Shown here: positions 27,622 through 36,222 of the stretch, in pieces | Numbering within the stretch: position 1 is the stretch's first letter | How the letters are laid out: each line of letters opens with the position of its first letter | Assembly: GCA_964506785.1 (NCBI GenBank) | Contig: CAZDME010000002.1 | Span: forward strand, 1 to 52,864 | Origin: an uncultured bacterium | GTDB taxonomy: Bacteria; CAZDME01; JAYEMH01 | DNA: 52,864 nt | Direction of reading: 5' to 3' | Made by a program: the position numbers and the translations under genes | Notes under the pieces: generated by a model | The model's database searches: none | What the model saw: only the letters and a program-made list of their open reading frames with translations | Told to the model about the DNA's origin: nothing

Positions 27622-28497
27622 ATGGCGGAAGTAGCCGAAGTTAAAAAAAATAAAAAAGGGGCAACCGATAATATTCTCAAGATTTACCTAAACGAAATAA
27701 AAAAAACCCCTCTGCTTACGCCGGAAGAAGAATTGAGTTTAGCTTATCGAATAAAGAAAGGGGACAATCGGGCTTGGGAAAGGCTGATTAAGACAAATCT
27801 GCGTTTAGTGGTCAGTGTGGCTAAAAGATATGTCTATTTTGGCATGCCCTTTCTCGATTTAATCGAAGAGGGGAATATGGGGTTAATAAAAGCAGTCGAG
27901 AAATATGACTATCGAAAAGGATACCGATTCAGCACCTATGCCAGCTGGTGGGTAAGGCAGGCGATTATCCGGGCGTTAGCCAATCAGGGGAAAATAATCC
28001 GCCTGCCGGTTTATTTAAGCGAGATGATTGCCCGTTGGAAAAAAGTAATAGAGGAGCTGACTCACAAATTCGGCCGGGAACCAACTAATGCCGAAGTAGC
28101 GAAAAAAATGAAGTTGCCAATACAAAAGGTCAGAGATATGAGAGAGTTAGTAAAAATACCCGAATCTTTAGAAAGCACCCTGGATAATGAAGGGGCCAGC
28201 CAGCTGCTTTCTTTTCTGGAAGATACCTCGATAGCCCCTCCTTCAAAGATAACCAACGAAATTATGCAGCAGGAAAAAGTTGCTGAGCTTCTTGAAGAAT
28301 TATCTCCTAAAGAGGCAGAGATTTTACGTTGCCGATTCGGCTTGGATAATCATCCGGTTTGCACTTTAGAAGAAACTGGAAAAAAAATGAATTTAACCCG
28401 GGAAAGAATCAGACAATTAGAAATAGCCGCTTTAAAAAAATTAAAACGATTGATGGTAAAACAAACGATGGAGACAAGAAAACAATGGAAGCATTAA
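27622..28497 (+). CDS. RNA polymerase sigma-70 family factor (compact, RpoD/RpoS-like, no region 1.1)
   Basis: 291 aa. Motifs present: region 2 DLIEEGNMGLIKAVEKYD and YASWWVRQAIIRAL, and a region 4.2 HTH LEETGKKMNLTRERIRQLEIAALKKL. Confidence 0.9.
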   Translation: MAEVAEVKKNKKGATDNILKIYLNEIKKTPLLTPEEELSLAYRIKKGDNRAWERLIKTNLRLVVSVAKRYVYFGMPFLDLIEEGNMGLIKAVEKYDYRKGYRFSTYASWWVRQAIIRALANQGKIIRLPVYLSEMIARWKKVIEELTHKFGREPTNAEVAKKMKLPIQKVRDMRELVKIPESLESTLDNEGASQLLSFLEDTSIAPPSKITNEIMQQEKVAELLEELSPKEAEILRCRFGLDNHPVCTLEETGKKMNLTRERIRQLEIAALKKLKRLMVKQTMETRKQWKH

Positions 28498-28997
28498 AAT
28501 CAAAGATTCGGGACGTGCTCGATTTTCCCAAAAAGGGGATAGTTTTCAAAGATATAACAACTCTTTTGAAAGACCGGCACGCCTTTCGTAAGGTCGTCAA
28601 TATTTTCGGTAAACGCTACCGAAAGAAAAAAATCGATTCGATAGTAGCCGTAGAGGCCCGGGGATTTATTCTGGGCGCCGCCCTGGCTCATCGCCTAGGC
28701 GTAGGTATTATACCTGTTCGAAAAAAAGGAAAACTGCCATACCGGACCCATCAGGTCAAATACCAGCTGGAATATGGCAGGGCGGTATTGGAGATTCATC
28801 GCGATGCCATCGAGCCGAATGAAAGGGTTCTTTTAGTCGATGATTTATTAGCCACCGGCGGGACCACAGAGGCCGTCTGCAAGTTAATAAAAAAAATGAA
28901 AGGGAAAATTATTGAAGTTGCCTTTTTGATTGAGTTAACTGAATTAAAAGGACGGAGAAAAATAAAGAACCCAGTCTACTCTTTGATAAAATATTAG
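28485..28997 (+). CDS. apt: Adenine phosphoribosyltransferase
   Basis: Motifs present: DFPKKGIVFKDIT and the PRPP motif VLLVDDLLATGGT. I prefer the internal ATG at 28485 to the track start at 28359. It overlaps the sigma gene by 13 nt. Confidence 0.93.
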   Translation: MEALKSKIRDVLDFPKKGIVFKDITTLLKDRHAFRKVVNIFGKRYRKKKIDSIVAVEARGFILGAALAHRLGVGIIPVRKKGKLPYRTHQVKYQLEYGRAVLEIHRDAIEPNERVLLVDDLLATGGTTEAVCKLIKKMKGKIIEVAFLIELTELKGRRKIKNPVYSLIKY

Positions 28998-29031
28998 AAG
29001 AATACCTTAACTTAAAGCTGTACACGAAACT

Positions 29032-29109
29032 GCCCCAATAGCTCAGTCTGGATAGAGCACAGGTTTCCTAAACCTGGTGTCGACCGTTCGAATCGGTCTT
29101 GGGGCACCA
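29032..29109 (+). tRNA. tRNA-Arg (anticodon CCT)
   Basis: I folded the cloverleaf by hand. The acceptor stem is GCCCCAA/TTGGGGC and the D stem is GCTC/GAGC. The anticodon stem is CAGGT/ACCTG with loop TTCCTAA. The T arm is GACCG-TTCGAAT-CGGTC. The discriminator is A and the CCA end is encoded. Confidence 0.93.
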
Positions 29110-29180
29110 AACGGCATATAGCTAATGGCCAATGACTGGCAGAAAATCGTAAGGAGTCAAGTGCCAACGGAGTTTAAACT

Positions 29181-29834
29181 ATGATCGATTTACATACCCA
29201 CAGTTTGTTGAGTGACGGCAGTCTCCTGCCGTCAGAATTGGTTACCCGGGCGGAAAAATTAGGTTATCGGGTGATAGCTATTACCGACCATGTCGATACC
29301 TCCAATTTCGAATGGATAGTTGCCAATCTGGTCCGGGTCTGTAAAGATTTAAATAAAAGAGGGAACATTAAGGTTATTCCAGGGGCAGAAATCAGCTATA
29401 TTTCTCCTGGCCTATTGGCCGGCTTTACGCAGACGATAAGGAAATTGGGGGCAAAAATAATCGTCGTCCACGGTGAGACTATTGTCGAGCCAGTCATTCC
29501 CGGGACCAACCGTAAGGCAGTGGAAATAGGGGTAGATATACTGGCTCATCCGGGTTTAATTTCTCAAGAAGAAGCCCGCATAGCCAGTAAAAATAATGTT
29601 TGTTTAGAAATTTCTACCCGTCGGGGCCATTGCTATACCAACGGACATGTGGTTAACATGGCCAGGCTTTCCGGGGCGAAATTGGTTCTTGATACCGATG
29701 CCCATAGCCCGGGAGATTTGGTAACCATTGAAGAAGCCAGAGCGATTGGGCGGGGAGCGGGTTTAAGTGAAGAAGAGATTGAAGCTGTCTGGCAGAATAT
29801 GTACGCCTTGGTTGAAAAAATAGAGAGGAGGTAA
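29181..29834 (+). CDS. PHP-domain metal-dependent phosphoesterase (histidinol-phosphatase-like fold)
   Basis: 217 aa. It has N-terminal IDLHTHSLLSDG, ITDHVD, VHGE and DTDAHS, the metal-ligand pattern of the PHP superfamily. Confidence 0.7.
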   Translation: MIDLHTHSLLSDGSLLPSELVTRAEKLGYRVIAITDHVDTSNFEWIVANLVRVCKDLNKRGNIKVIPGAEISYISPGLLAGFTQTIRKLGAKIIVVHGETIVEPVIPGTNRKAVEIGVDILAHPGLISQEEARIASKNNVCLEISTRRGHCYTNGHVVNMARLSGAKLVLDTDAHSPGDLVTIEEARAIGRGAGLSEEEIEAVWQNMYALVEKIERR

Positions 29835-29836
29835 GG

Positions 29837-30292
29837 ATGTCACTACGGAAAATAATACTATCTGTCAATTTAATTATCGTAAGCTTTCTCTTGGTAGGGT
29901 GTGCTACCCTGGGCTGGCAGAAAGGTTCGGCATCTCAGGATGAGGTGTTTTTATCGCCAGAAGAGGTTATGGCGGTTAATCCTGACCTGCGGTTCGAAGA
30001 TTTACCGATACCGATTGGTTTCTTAATTGACGTTAAAAATTCTTACGCCTTCCAGAATCCAGGAAGCCGCGTTGCCCTGCTGCGTTATATCGGCAAGGAT
30101 TCGGCCCAGCATTTAATCCAGTTTTTTGTTGAGCAGATGCCGCGTTATAATTGGGTGCTGCTCAATCAGGTGGAATTTGAAAAAGTCCTTCTCAATTTTG
30201 AAAAGGCCGATGAGACCTGTATTGTGATAATTGAGCCGGCGCGGAGCAAAATGCTGGTGACCATTTCTATCGCTCCTCGCCACTACCGGTAG
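29837..30292 (+). CDS. Lipoprotein of unknown function
   Basis: 151 aa. It has a signal peptide with the lipobox LLVGC. A GAGGAGG SD lies upstream. I recognise no family. Confidence 0.6.
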   Translation: MSLRKIILSVNLIIVSFLLVGCATLGWQKGSASQDEVFLSPEEVMAVNPDLRFEDLPIPIGFLIDVKNSYAFQNPGSRVALLRYIGKDSAQHLIQFFVEQMPRYNWVLLNQVEFEKVLLNFEKADETCIVIIEPARSKMLVTISIAPRHYR

Positions 30293-30392
30293 TATATCAA
30301 AGTCAATAAAGGAGCAAGGTAACGACTTTTCCAGAGGGGCCAAAGGCGAATTAAAGGAGATTAAATAAGGGTAAAAAACCTTTAGAATCTTC

Positions 30393-30421
30393 TTGACATG
30401 TATAAAGGGGTGTGGTACACT
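30393..30421 (+). promoter_or_regulatory. Sigma-70-type promoter for the outer-membrane protein gene
   Basis: TTGACA (30393-98), a 17-nt spacer ending in an extended -10 TGg, then TACACT (30416-21). Confidence 0.55.
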
Positions 30422-30611
30422 ACGGATAAGTTCGAATACCCGTCACAGATAGTCCATAAAGGCAAGAAAGGAGGCGAGGAAATTTAGAGTTGCCAGGATT
30501 ATTGAGGTGATGTGATATAGATGAAGATTTCAGGATTTAGACAGCTTTTGAGACTAAACCTGTTTGATTAATCGTAGATTTTAAAAAGAAAACCTTAAGG
30601 AGGTTTAAGGG

Positions 30612-31997
30612 ATGAAAAAAATAGCAGTTTTGTGTGTCTTTGCGATAGTTGCTTTCATTCCCACCTTGGCTTCAGCCGGCGTAAAGAATGTTCAAGTCGG
30701 CGGCGAAATTGACTCCTACCTGCAATGGAGTTCCAACTACGAAAGTGGCGAAGAAATTGGAACTAAAGACCCCAGCACTCAGCAGGTTGATCTGAGCGGT
30801 AATGCTCTCGGAGCTACCAATGCCCAAACCAAAGACGAGGCTTTCCTGAAGACTTTGGCTCTCATTTATGTCTCGGCTGATTTGGATGAGAATGTCAATG
30901 CGTTGGTGTCAATTGAAGCTGATCGGATTTGGGGAAATGGCGGCGATTGTAACGAGTGTGGTCTGGCGGTAGAATTAGAAGAAGCCAAGCTGACATTAGA
31001 AGAGATGTTTGGCTTGCCGATTAAGTCTGTTATCGGCCGTCAGGATATTACCTGGGGTGAGGGATTCGTCATTGGTGATTCCTGTCCCTACATTGAGGAT
31101 AATATCAGTCAGGCCCAGATGTGGAAAATCGATGCTTTTGATGCCGTTTCTGTTACCTACGATGCGGCACCATGGACCCTTGATTTGATGTATGCCAAAA
31201 TTGATGAGCAGTCCATTAATCAGGATACCGAAGAGCTTGATGATGACCTTTTCGGTTTAAACATCAATTATGCTGGCTGGAATAAACAAAGTATTGACGG
31301 ATATCTTCTCTTAGAGAAGGACGCCAATGCGGTTAGCGCGGCAAATATCAGCCGAAATGTCCAAGGCCTTTATGGCGATCCGTACGCAGTAGGGGCTATC
31401 GGTCTAAGAGCGGCTGGCGATGTTCTTCCGGTAGAAGGATTGACCTATCGCGCCGAAGGATGCTATGAATTTGGTACCTTTGCCGAATCCGAAGGAAGCG
31501 CTTCTAAGATTGATTTAAGTGCCTTTGGCGGATATCTCGGCGCCAAATATGAATTTGGCGGAAATCCGTATAATCCATTCATCGACGGCATGTGGGTAGT
31601 TATGTCTGGCGAAGAAACCACTCGAGGCGGGGATATGAGCCAGTTCTATCCCTTCTTTACCAGCGAAACTTATGGCGAAATTTTCAAGGAATATGCCATG
31701 AGTAATGCCCATATCATCAAGCTTTGCGGTGGATTTGATCCCATTGAGCCCATGAATATTTCTTTAGCGTTCTACCACTACATTGCTGAGGAGGATCGTT
31801 ATATTTCGAACGATACTGCTAAAAAAGACGATCAACTCGGTAATGAGCTGGATTTGACCGTGACTTATAATTACACCGATGATGTCATTTTTGGCTTAAG
31901 CGTAGCCCAATTTTTCCCGGGCGATGTCTTTGGCAAAAGCACTGTCGGTGCCGATGGGACAACTTGTGTAACTGGTTCCTGCAAAGTGAAGTTCTAA
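30612..31997 (+). CDS. Outer-membrane beta-barrel (porin-like) protein, family not recognised
   Basis: 461 aa. It has the signal peptide MKKIAVLCVFAIVAFIPTLASA, alternating Gly/aromatic-rich strands, a C-terminal Phe (KVKF), a strong AAGGAGG SD, and a strong terminator downstream. Confidence 0.65.
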   Translation: MKKIAVLCVFAIVAFIPTLASAGVKNVQVGGEIDSYLQWSSNYESGEEIGTKDPSTQQVDLSGNALGATNAQTKDEAFLKTLALIYVSADLDENVNALVSIEADRIWGNGGDCNECGLAVELEEAKLTLEEMFGLPIKSVIGRQDITWGEGFVIGDSCPYIEDNISQAQMWKIDAFDAVSVTYDAAPWTLDLMYAKIDEQSINQDTEELDDDLFGLNINYAGWNKQSIDGYLLLEKDANAVSAANISRNVQGLYGDPYAVGAIGLRAAGDVLPVEGLTYRAEGCYEFGTFAESEGSASKIDLSAFGGYLGAKYEFGGNPYNPFIDGMWVVMSGEETTRGGDMSQFYPFFTSETYGEIFKEYAMSNAHIIKLCGGFDPIEPMNISLAFYHYIAEEDRYISNDTAKKDDQLGNELDLTVTYNYTDDVIFGLSVAQFFPGDVFGKSTVGADGTTCVTGSCKVKF

Positions 31998-32012
31998 CTT
32001 AGTTGAAGCTTT

Positions 32013-32048
32013 AAACCCCCGGGGAACAAGCTTTCCCGGGGGTTTTTT
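32013..32048 (+). terminator. Rho-independent terminator after the OMP gene
   Basis: An 11-bp stem, CCCCCGGGGAA (32016-26) with TTTCCCGGGGG (32032-42), has a 5-nt loop and is followed by T6. Flanking A3/T3 could extend the stem. Confidence 0.85.
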
Positions 32049-32062
32049 ATTGCTTACTGGTC

Positions 32063-32152
32063 GTAAAAAGATGGCAGGCAATGTAAAAGTGGCAGGTTAT
32101 AAAGGTGATAGGCGATAGGTAGTGGGTAATAGGCGGTAGGTGATAGGCAGCA
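32063..32152. repeat. Two 18-20 nt units followed by seven in-phase heptamers
   Basis: The long units are GTAAAAAGATGGCAGGCAAT (32063-82) and GTAAAAGTGGCAGGTTAT (32083-100). The heptamers are GGTGATA GGCGATA GGTAGTG GGTAATA GGCGGTA GGTGATA GGCAGCA (32104-52). Confidence 0.85.
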
Positions 32153-32174
32153 CAGAGGCTATCTTTAAAAAGGT

Positions 32175-32203
32175 TTGACAGCAGCCCTAATTGATGGTAA
32201 CAT
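32175..32203 (+). promoter_or_regulatory. Candidate sigma-70-type promoter for the M50-trpS-...-rpsA gene run
   Basis: TTGACA (32175-80), a 17-nt spacer, then TAACAT (32198-203). Confidence 0.45.
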
Positions 32204-32252
32204 ACAAGTTTAGAATTTATGCCTATATAACAAATAAAGGGGTAGTGAATAA

Positions 32253-32864
32253 ATGATACTGGTTTACTTAACGCAAATTCTGGCCTTTGCCATTGCTATT
32301 ACGGTTCATGAATCATCTCATGGCTGGATGGCTGACAAATTTGGAGATAAAACGGCCCGGGCGATGGGAAGAATTACCTTAAACCCGATTGCCCACATAG
32401 ACCCTATAGGGACGGTAATTCTTCCTTTACTTTTAATCTTGACCCGGTCGCCGTTTATCTTTGGCTGGGCAAAACCGGTTCCGGTAAATCCCTACAACCT
32501 GCGCAATCCCCGTAAGGATATGCTCTGGATTGGCCTGGCCGGCCCGGCGGCTAATATTATTACGGCAATCATTTTTTCATTTATTCTACGCAGCGGTTTA
32601 ATTATTCCTAATTCACTGGCTAATACTTTTATTGTCCAGGTTATTCTGATTAATTTAGTCCTGGCGATTTTCAATTTGATTCCGATACCACCGTTAGACG
32701 GCTACCAGATTCTTTCCGGATTATTACCCCGAGAGACAGCTATTTCCTATAGCCGCATAGAGCCTTACGGTATGTGGATACTGCTGGCCCTTTTATTCTT
32801 AGGGGTGATTGGGGGAATAATCGGTCTCGGAGTAGGGATTCTTTTTAAAATTTTGGTTGGGTGA
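32253..32864 (+). CDS. Site-2 protease family (peptidase M50) membrane metalloprotease
   Basis: 203 aa and polytopic. It has the HExxH motif VHESSHG in the first helix and a later NLIPIPPLDG motif. Confidence 0.8.
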   Translation: MILVYLTQILAFAIAITVHESSHGWMADKFGDKTARAMGRITLNPIAHIDPIGTVILPLLLILTRSPFIFGWAKPVPVNPYNLRNPRKDMLWIGLAGPAANIITAIIFSFILRSGLIIPNSLANTFIVQVILINLVLAIFNLIPIPPLDGYQILSGLLPRETAISYSRIEPYGMWILLALLFLGVIGGIIGLGVGILFKILVG

Positions 32865-32870
32865 GAAAAT

Positions 32871-33854
32871 ATGACTAAAAAGCGCATTTTAAGCGGGATG
32901 AGGCCGACCGGACCTCTTCATTTAGGGCACTGGTTGGGGGCATTGAAAAACTGGGTGGAGCTTCAGGATAAATACCTTTGTTTCTATATGATTGCCGATT
33001 GGCACGCCCTGATGAGTGAATATGCTGATCCCCAAGAGATAAAGAAAAATATCAAAGAATGTCTTCTCGATTGGCTGAGTGTGGGGATTAATCCGGAGGA
33101 GACGACAATTTTTATTCAATCGGCGGTTAAGGAGCATGCTGAACTTCATCTTTTACTTTCGATGATTTCGCCCTTAGCCTGGCTGGAGCGCTGTCCCACC
33201 TATAAGGAGCAGTTAAGAGAGCTAAAAACCCGGGATATTTCTACCTACGCCTATCTGGGATATCCGGTCCTTCAGGCGGCGGATATTGTTCTCTATAAAG
33301 CCGATGCCGTCCCCGTAGGTAAAGACCAACTGCCCCATTTGGAATTAACCCGGGAGATCGTCCGCCGGTTCCACCACTTTTATGGAAAGACCTTTCCGGA
33401 ACCGGAGCCGATTTTGACGGAAACTTCGAAGCTCATGGGATTGGATAACCGCAAGATGAGTAAAAGTTATAATAATTTTATTGCCCTGGCTGATCCTCCG
33501 GCAGTGATTAATGAAAAGGTTATGACTATGATTACCGATACCAAACGGGTTAAAAGAAGGGATAAAGGGCATCCCCATCTTTGTAATGTATTTTCCTATC
33601 AGGAGCTTTTTAATCCGAAGGAAGCCCAGGAAATCAAAGACGCCTGCCAGAGAGGGTTAGGAGGGTGTACGGAATGTAAAAAGATTTTAGTCAGGACTTT
33701 AAACAAATTCTTGTCCGGATTTCGGGCCAAAAGAAAAAATTGGGAGATAAAACCTAAAAAATTGGAAGAGATTTTACAAAGAGGAAATGAACAGGCTAAA
33801 GATGTTGCCGCAAAAACATTAATTGATGTCCGTAAAAAGATGGGGCTGTCATAA
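32871..33854 (+). CDS. trpS: Tryptophan--tRNA ligase
   Basis: 327 aa. It has the HIGH-type motif GPLHLGHW, then GKDQLPHLELTREI, and the KMSKS motif. Confidence 0.95.
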   Translation: MTKKRILSGMRPTGPLHLGHWLGALKNWVELQDKYLCFYMIADWHALMSEYADPQEIKKNIKECLLDWLSVGINPEETTIFIQSAVKEHAELHLLLSMISPLAWLERCPTYKEQLRELKTRDISTYAYLGYPVLQAADIVLYKADAVPVGKDQLPHLELTREIVRRFHHFYGKTFPEPEPILTETSKLMGLDNRKMSKSYNNFIALADPPAVINEKVMTMITDTKRVKRRDKGHPHLCNVFSYQELFNPKEAQEIKDACQRGLGGCTECKKILVRTLNKFLSGFRAKRKNWEIKPKKLEEILQRGNEQAKDVAAKTLIDVRKKMGLS

Positions 33855-34586
33855 ATGGCCAAACTTATCGGATTGCCTAAAACAAAAGAAGGATATCGGG
33901 TAGAACTGGAGGCTTTTTCCGGACCGATTGAACTTTTGCTTCATTTGGTAAAAACCCAGGAAATTGATATTTATGATATCCCTATTGCCCAGGTTACCAA
34001 TCAATACCTGGAGTATTTAACCTTGATGGAGGAGTTGGATTTAGATGTCGCCGGAGAGTTTTTAGTCATGGCGGCGAACTTAATATATATCAAATCAAAG
34101 ACGCTTCTGCCCGAAGAACCGGTTGGTATAGAAGAGGAGGAAGAGGACCCTCGGGCAGAATTAGTTGAAGCTCTTTTGGAATACAAGAGGTATAAAGGGG
34201 CGGCCGGGCAATTAGAAGAGTTAAATCTACATCGTCAGGAGATTTTTGACCGGGGAGAAGCTAATCCGGAAGGTTTTGACAATGATTTAATCGAAACCGA
34301 CCTATTCGGTTTAATCTCTGCTTTTCGCCAGGTTTTAACCGAGATTGGACAGGAGCCTTTTAAGGAAATCAGCCGAAGCCCGGTTACGGTTAAAGAAAAA
34401 ATAAAAGAGATATTAAATTTTATCGAGGGGAAGGGGAGTTTTATCTTTGGTGAAATTTTTAGGAATGTAAGGTCAAGGATAGAAGCGGTGGCAACGTTTC
34501 TGGCTTTATTGGAGTTAATGAAACAGAGACAGATTCTGGTGAGGCAGAATAAAGTCTTTGGAGAAATAAGGATTTTTAAAAGATGA
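33855..34586 (+). CDS. scpA: Segregation and condensation protein A
   Basis: 243 aa. Motifs present: FSGPIELLLHLVKTQEIDIYDIPIAQVTNQY and a C-terminal winged-helix block FLALLELMKQ. Confidence 0.88.
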   Translation: MAKLIGLPKTKEGYRVELEAFSGPIELLLHLVKTQEIDIYDIPIAQVTNQYLEYLTLMEELDLDVAGEFLVMAANLIYIKSKTLLPEEPVGIEEEEEDPRAELVEALLEYKRYKGAAGQLEELNLHRQEIFDRGEANPEGFDNDLIETDLFGLISAFRQVLTEIGQEPFKEISRSPVTVKEKIKEILNFIEGKGSFIFGEIFRNVRSRIEAVATFLALLELMKQRQILVRQNKVFGEIRIFKR

Positions 34587-35143
34587 ACCCGGAAGAAATT
34601 CAAGATATTATCGAAGCGCTTCTTTTCGCTTCAAGCAAGCCTTTATCCATCTCACAGATTAAAGAAGTGCTGGAAGAGGTAGATAATCAGGTAATTCGGC
34701 AGGCCCTTCTTGAGCTGCAAAAGAAACATGCGGAAGAAGCCAGGAATTTTCAAATTATCGAGATAGCCGGAGGTTTCCGTATTACTACTCTGCCTAAGTT
34801 TGCCCCCTGGCTGAAGAAACTTTTTTCTTCCCAGAAGAAAAATAAAATCAGTAAACAGGCCTTGGAAACCCTAGCCATTGTTGCTTATAAACAGCCGGTT
34901 ACCCGGGCAGAGATTGAGGCGATAAGGGGTGTTAATGTCGATGGGGTGATACATAGTTTAGCGGAGAGGAAATTAATTCAGGTGGCCGGCCGCAAGCCTG
35001 TTCCGGGAAGACCTTTGATTTATCGCACCACTAATTATTTTCTGGATGCTTTCGGGTTGAAGGCGCTTTCGGATCTCCCCAGTATCGAAGAGTTAAAGGA
35101 GGTAGGAGAGGATGTCGTTAGAAGATTTGCGTCGAAAAATTGA
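34583..35143 (+). CDS. scpB: Segregation and condensation protein B
   Basis: 186 aa. Motifs present: IEALLFASSKPLS and LETLAIVAYKQPVTRAEIEAIRGVN. There is a 4-nt overlap with scpA. Confidence 0.88.
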   Translation: MNPEEIQDIIEALLFASSKPLSISQIKEVLEEVDNQVIRQALLELQKKHAEEARNFQIIEIAGGFRITTLPKFAPWLKKLFSSQKKNKISKQALETLAIVAYKQPVTRAEIEAIRGVNVDGVIHSLAERKLIQVAGRKPVPGRPLIYRTTNYFLDAFGLKALSDLPSIEELKEVGEDVVRRFASKN

Positions 35144-36170
35144 TAAGGTTGATGAAGGGATTCTTAAACTGATGAACGAAAGAGCGAAAATAGCTATCGA
35201 AATCGGCAGATTAAAAAGGCGGCAGGGTAAGGATGTTTATGTCCCCGACCGCGAACAAACAGTTTATGCCCATCTGATAAAAAGAAATAAGGGGCCGATA
35301 TCGGCCAAGGCCCTGAAAGCGGTTTATAAGGAAATTATGGCCAATTCCCTGGCATTGGAAAAGCCGCTTTGTATTTCGTATCTCGGCCCGCAGGCAACCT
35401 TTACCCATATGGCGGCCAGGGAAAAATTCGGGGCGCAATCTAAATATGTTCCGGCCGGCAGTATCAACGATTGCTTTACTGAAGTAATTAAAAGACGGGC
35501 CGATTACGGGGTAGTGCCGATTGAAAATTCAACCGAAGGGGTGGTTAACCATACCTTAGATATGTTTATCGATTCAGATTTAGTTATTTGCGCGGAGATT
35601 CTTTCGGATATTTCCCATTATTTGCTGGGTAGCGCTCCGCTAAAGAAAATTAAAAAAATCTATTCTAACCGGCAGGCGATTGCTCAGTGCCGGGAGTGGC
35701 TTAAGAATAATCTTCCTAAGGCGAAGCTTATCGAGGTAGCCAGCACTTCCGAGGGCGCCCGGAGGGCCTCCCGGGATAAAGAGGCGGCGGCAATCGCCAG
35801 TAAATTGGCCGCGTCTATCTATAATTTAAAAATTCTTTCTGAAAGAATCGAGGATGTCGTCGGGAATGTTACCCGTTTCCTGGTTATCGGAAAAACCCTG
35901 GCTAAGTCGACCGGCAGGGATAAAACCTCGTTGATGTTTTCGGTAAAGGACCGGCCGGGAGCACTGTACCGCATGCTTAAACCCTTTGCCTTGAATAAAA
36001 TTAATTTGACTAAAATTGAATCCCGTCCTTCGCGGAGAAAAGCCTGGGATTATATATTCTTTGTCGATTTAGAAGGACACCTGATGGATAAGAGAGTCGG
36101 GAAAGCAATTAAAGAATTAGAAAAAGAATGCCGGTATTTAAAAGTTCTCGGTTCTTATCCTAAAGGGTAG
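35112..36170 (+). CDS. pheA: Bifunctional chorismate mutase / prephenate dehydratase (P-protein) with a C-terminal ACT domain
   Basis: 352 aa. It has an N-terminal CM helix LRRKIDKVDEGILKLMNERAKIA, a PDT core (GVVPIENSTEG, TRF) and the ACT motif TKIESRPS. A strong SD AAGGAGG lies upstream. The gene overlaps scpB by 32 nt. Confidence 0.93.
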   Translation: MSLEDLRRKIDKVDEGILKLMNERAKIAIEIGRLKRRQGKDVYVPDREQTVYAHLIKRNKGPISAKALKAVYKEIMANSLALEKPLCISYLGPQATFTHMAAREKFGAQSKYVPAGSINDCFTEVIKRRADYGVVPIENSTEGVVNHTLDMFIDSDLVICAEILSDISHYLLGSAPLKKIKKIYSNRQAIAQCREWLKNNLPKAKLIEVASTSEGARRASRDKEAAAIASKLAASIYNLKILSERIEDVVGNVTRFLVIGKTLAKSTGRDKTSLMFSVKDRPGALYRMLKPFALNKINLTKIESRPSRRKAWDYIFFVDLEGHLMDKRVGKAIKELEKECRYLKVLGSYPKG

Positions 36171-36222
36171 GTGAGGATTTCCGAATGATAAATACAGGCG
36201 GATTAAAACGGATGGATTTAAA

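Noticed and set aside
28359-28484. N-terminal extensions implied by the longest-ORF starts: apt 28359, aroF 37313, tyrA 38364, tyrS 46821, ybeY 18884, ppdK 23906 and rpsA 42863.
   Set aside because: The extensions overlap the preceding genes or abut the SD, and they add non-homologous residues ahead of conserved N-termini. Internal starts with properly spaced SDs were chosen instead.
30430-30437. GTTCGAAT in the OMP leader matches the T-loop region of the tRNA-Arg (29086-93) and could be an att-site remnant bounding an island.
   Set aside because: Only 8 nt match, it is not the tRNA 3' end, and no integrase or second boundary is present. This is within chance expectation.
32132-32139. GGCGGTAG, identical to the 8-nt core of the ops (RfaH-recruiting) element.
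   Set aside because: It is simply one unit junction of the GGYRRTA heptamer array. It lies upstream of the predicted promoter rather than in a transcribed leader. RfaH/ops is, to my knowledge, an enterobacterial-type system. It is probably a coincidence.
32063-32152. A CRISPR array interpretation of the tandem repeats, here and at 38393, 39327, 5099 and 12321.
   Set aside because: The units are 7-8 nt (18-20 nt at most) and directly abutting, with no spacers. This is far from CRISPR repeat and spacer dimensions, and no cas genes are present.
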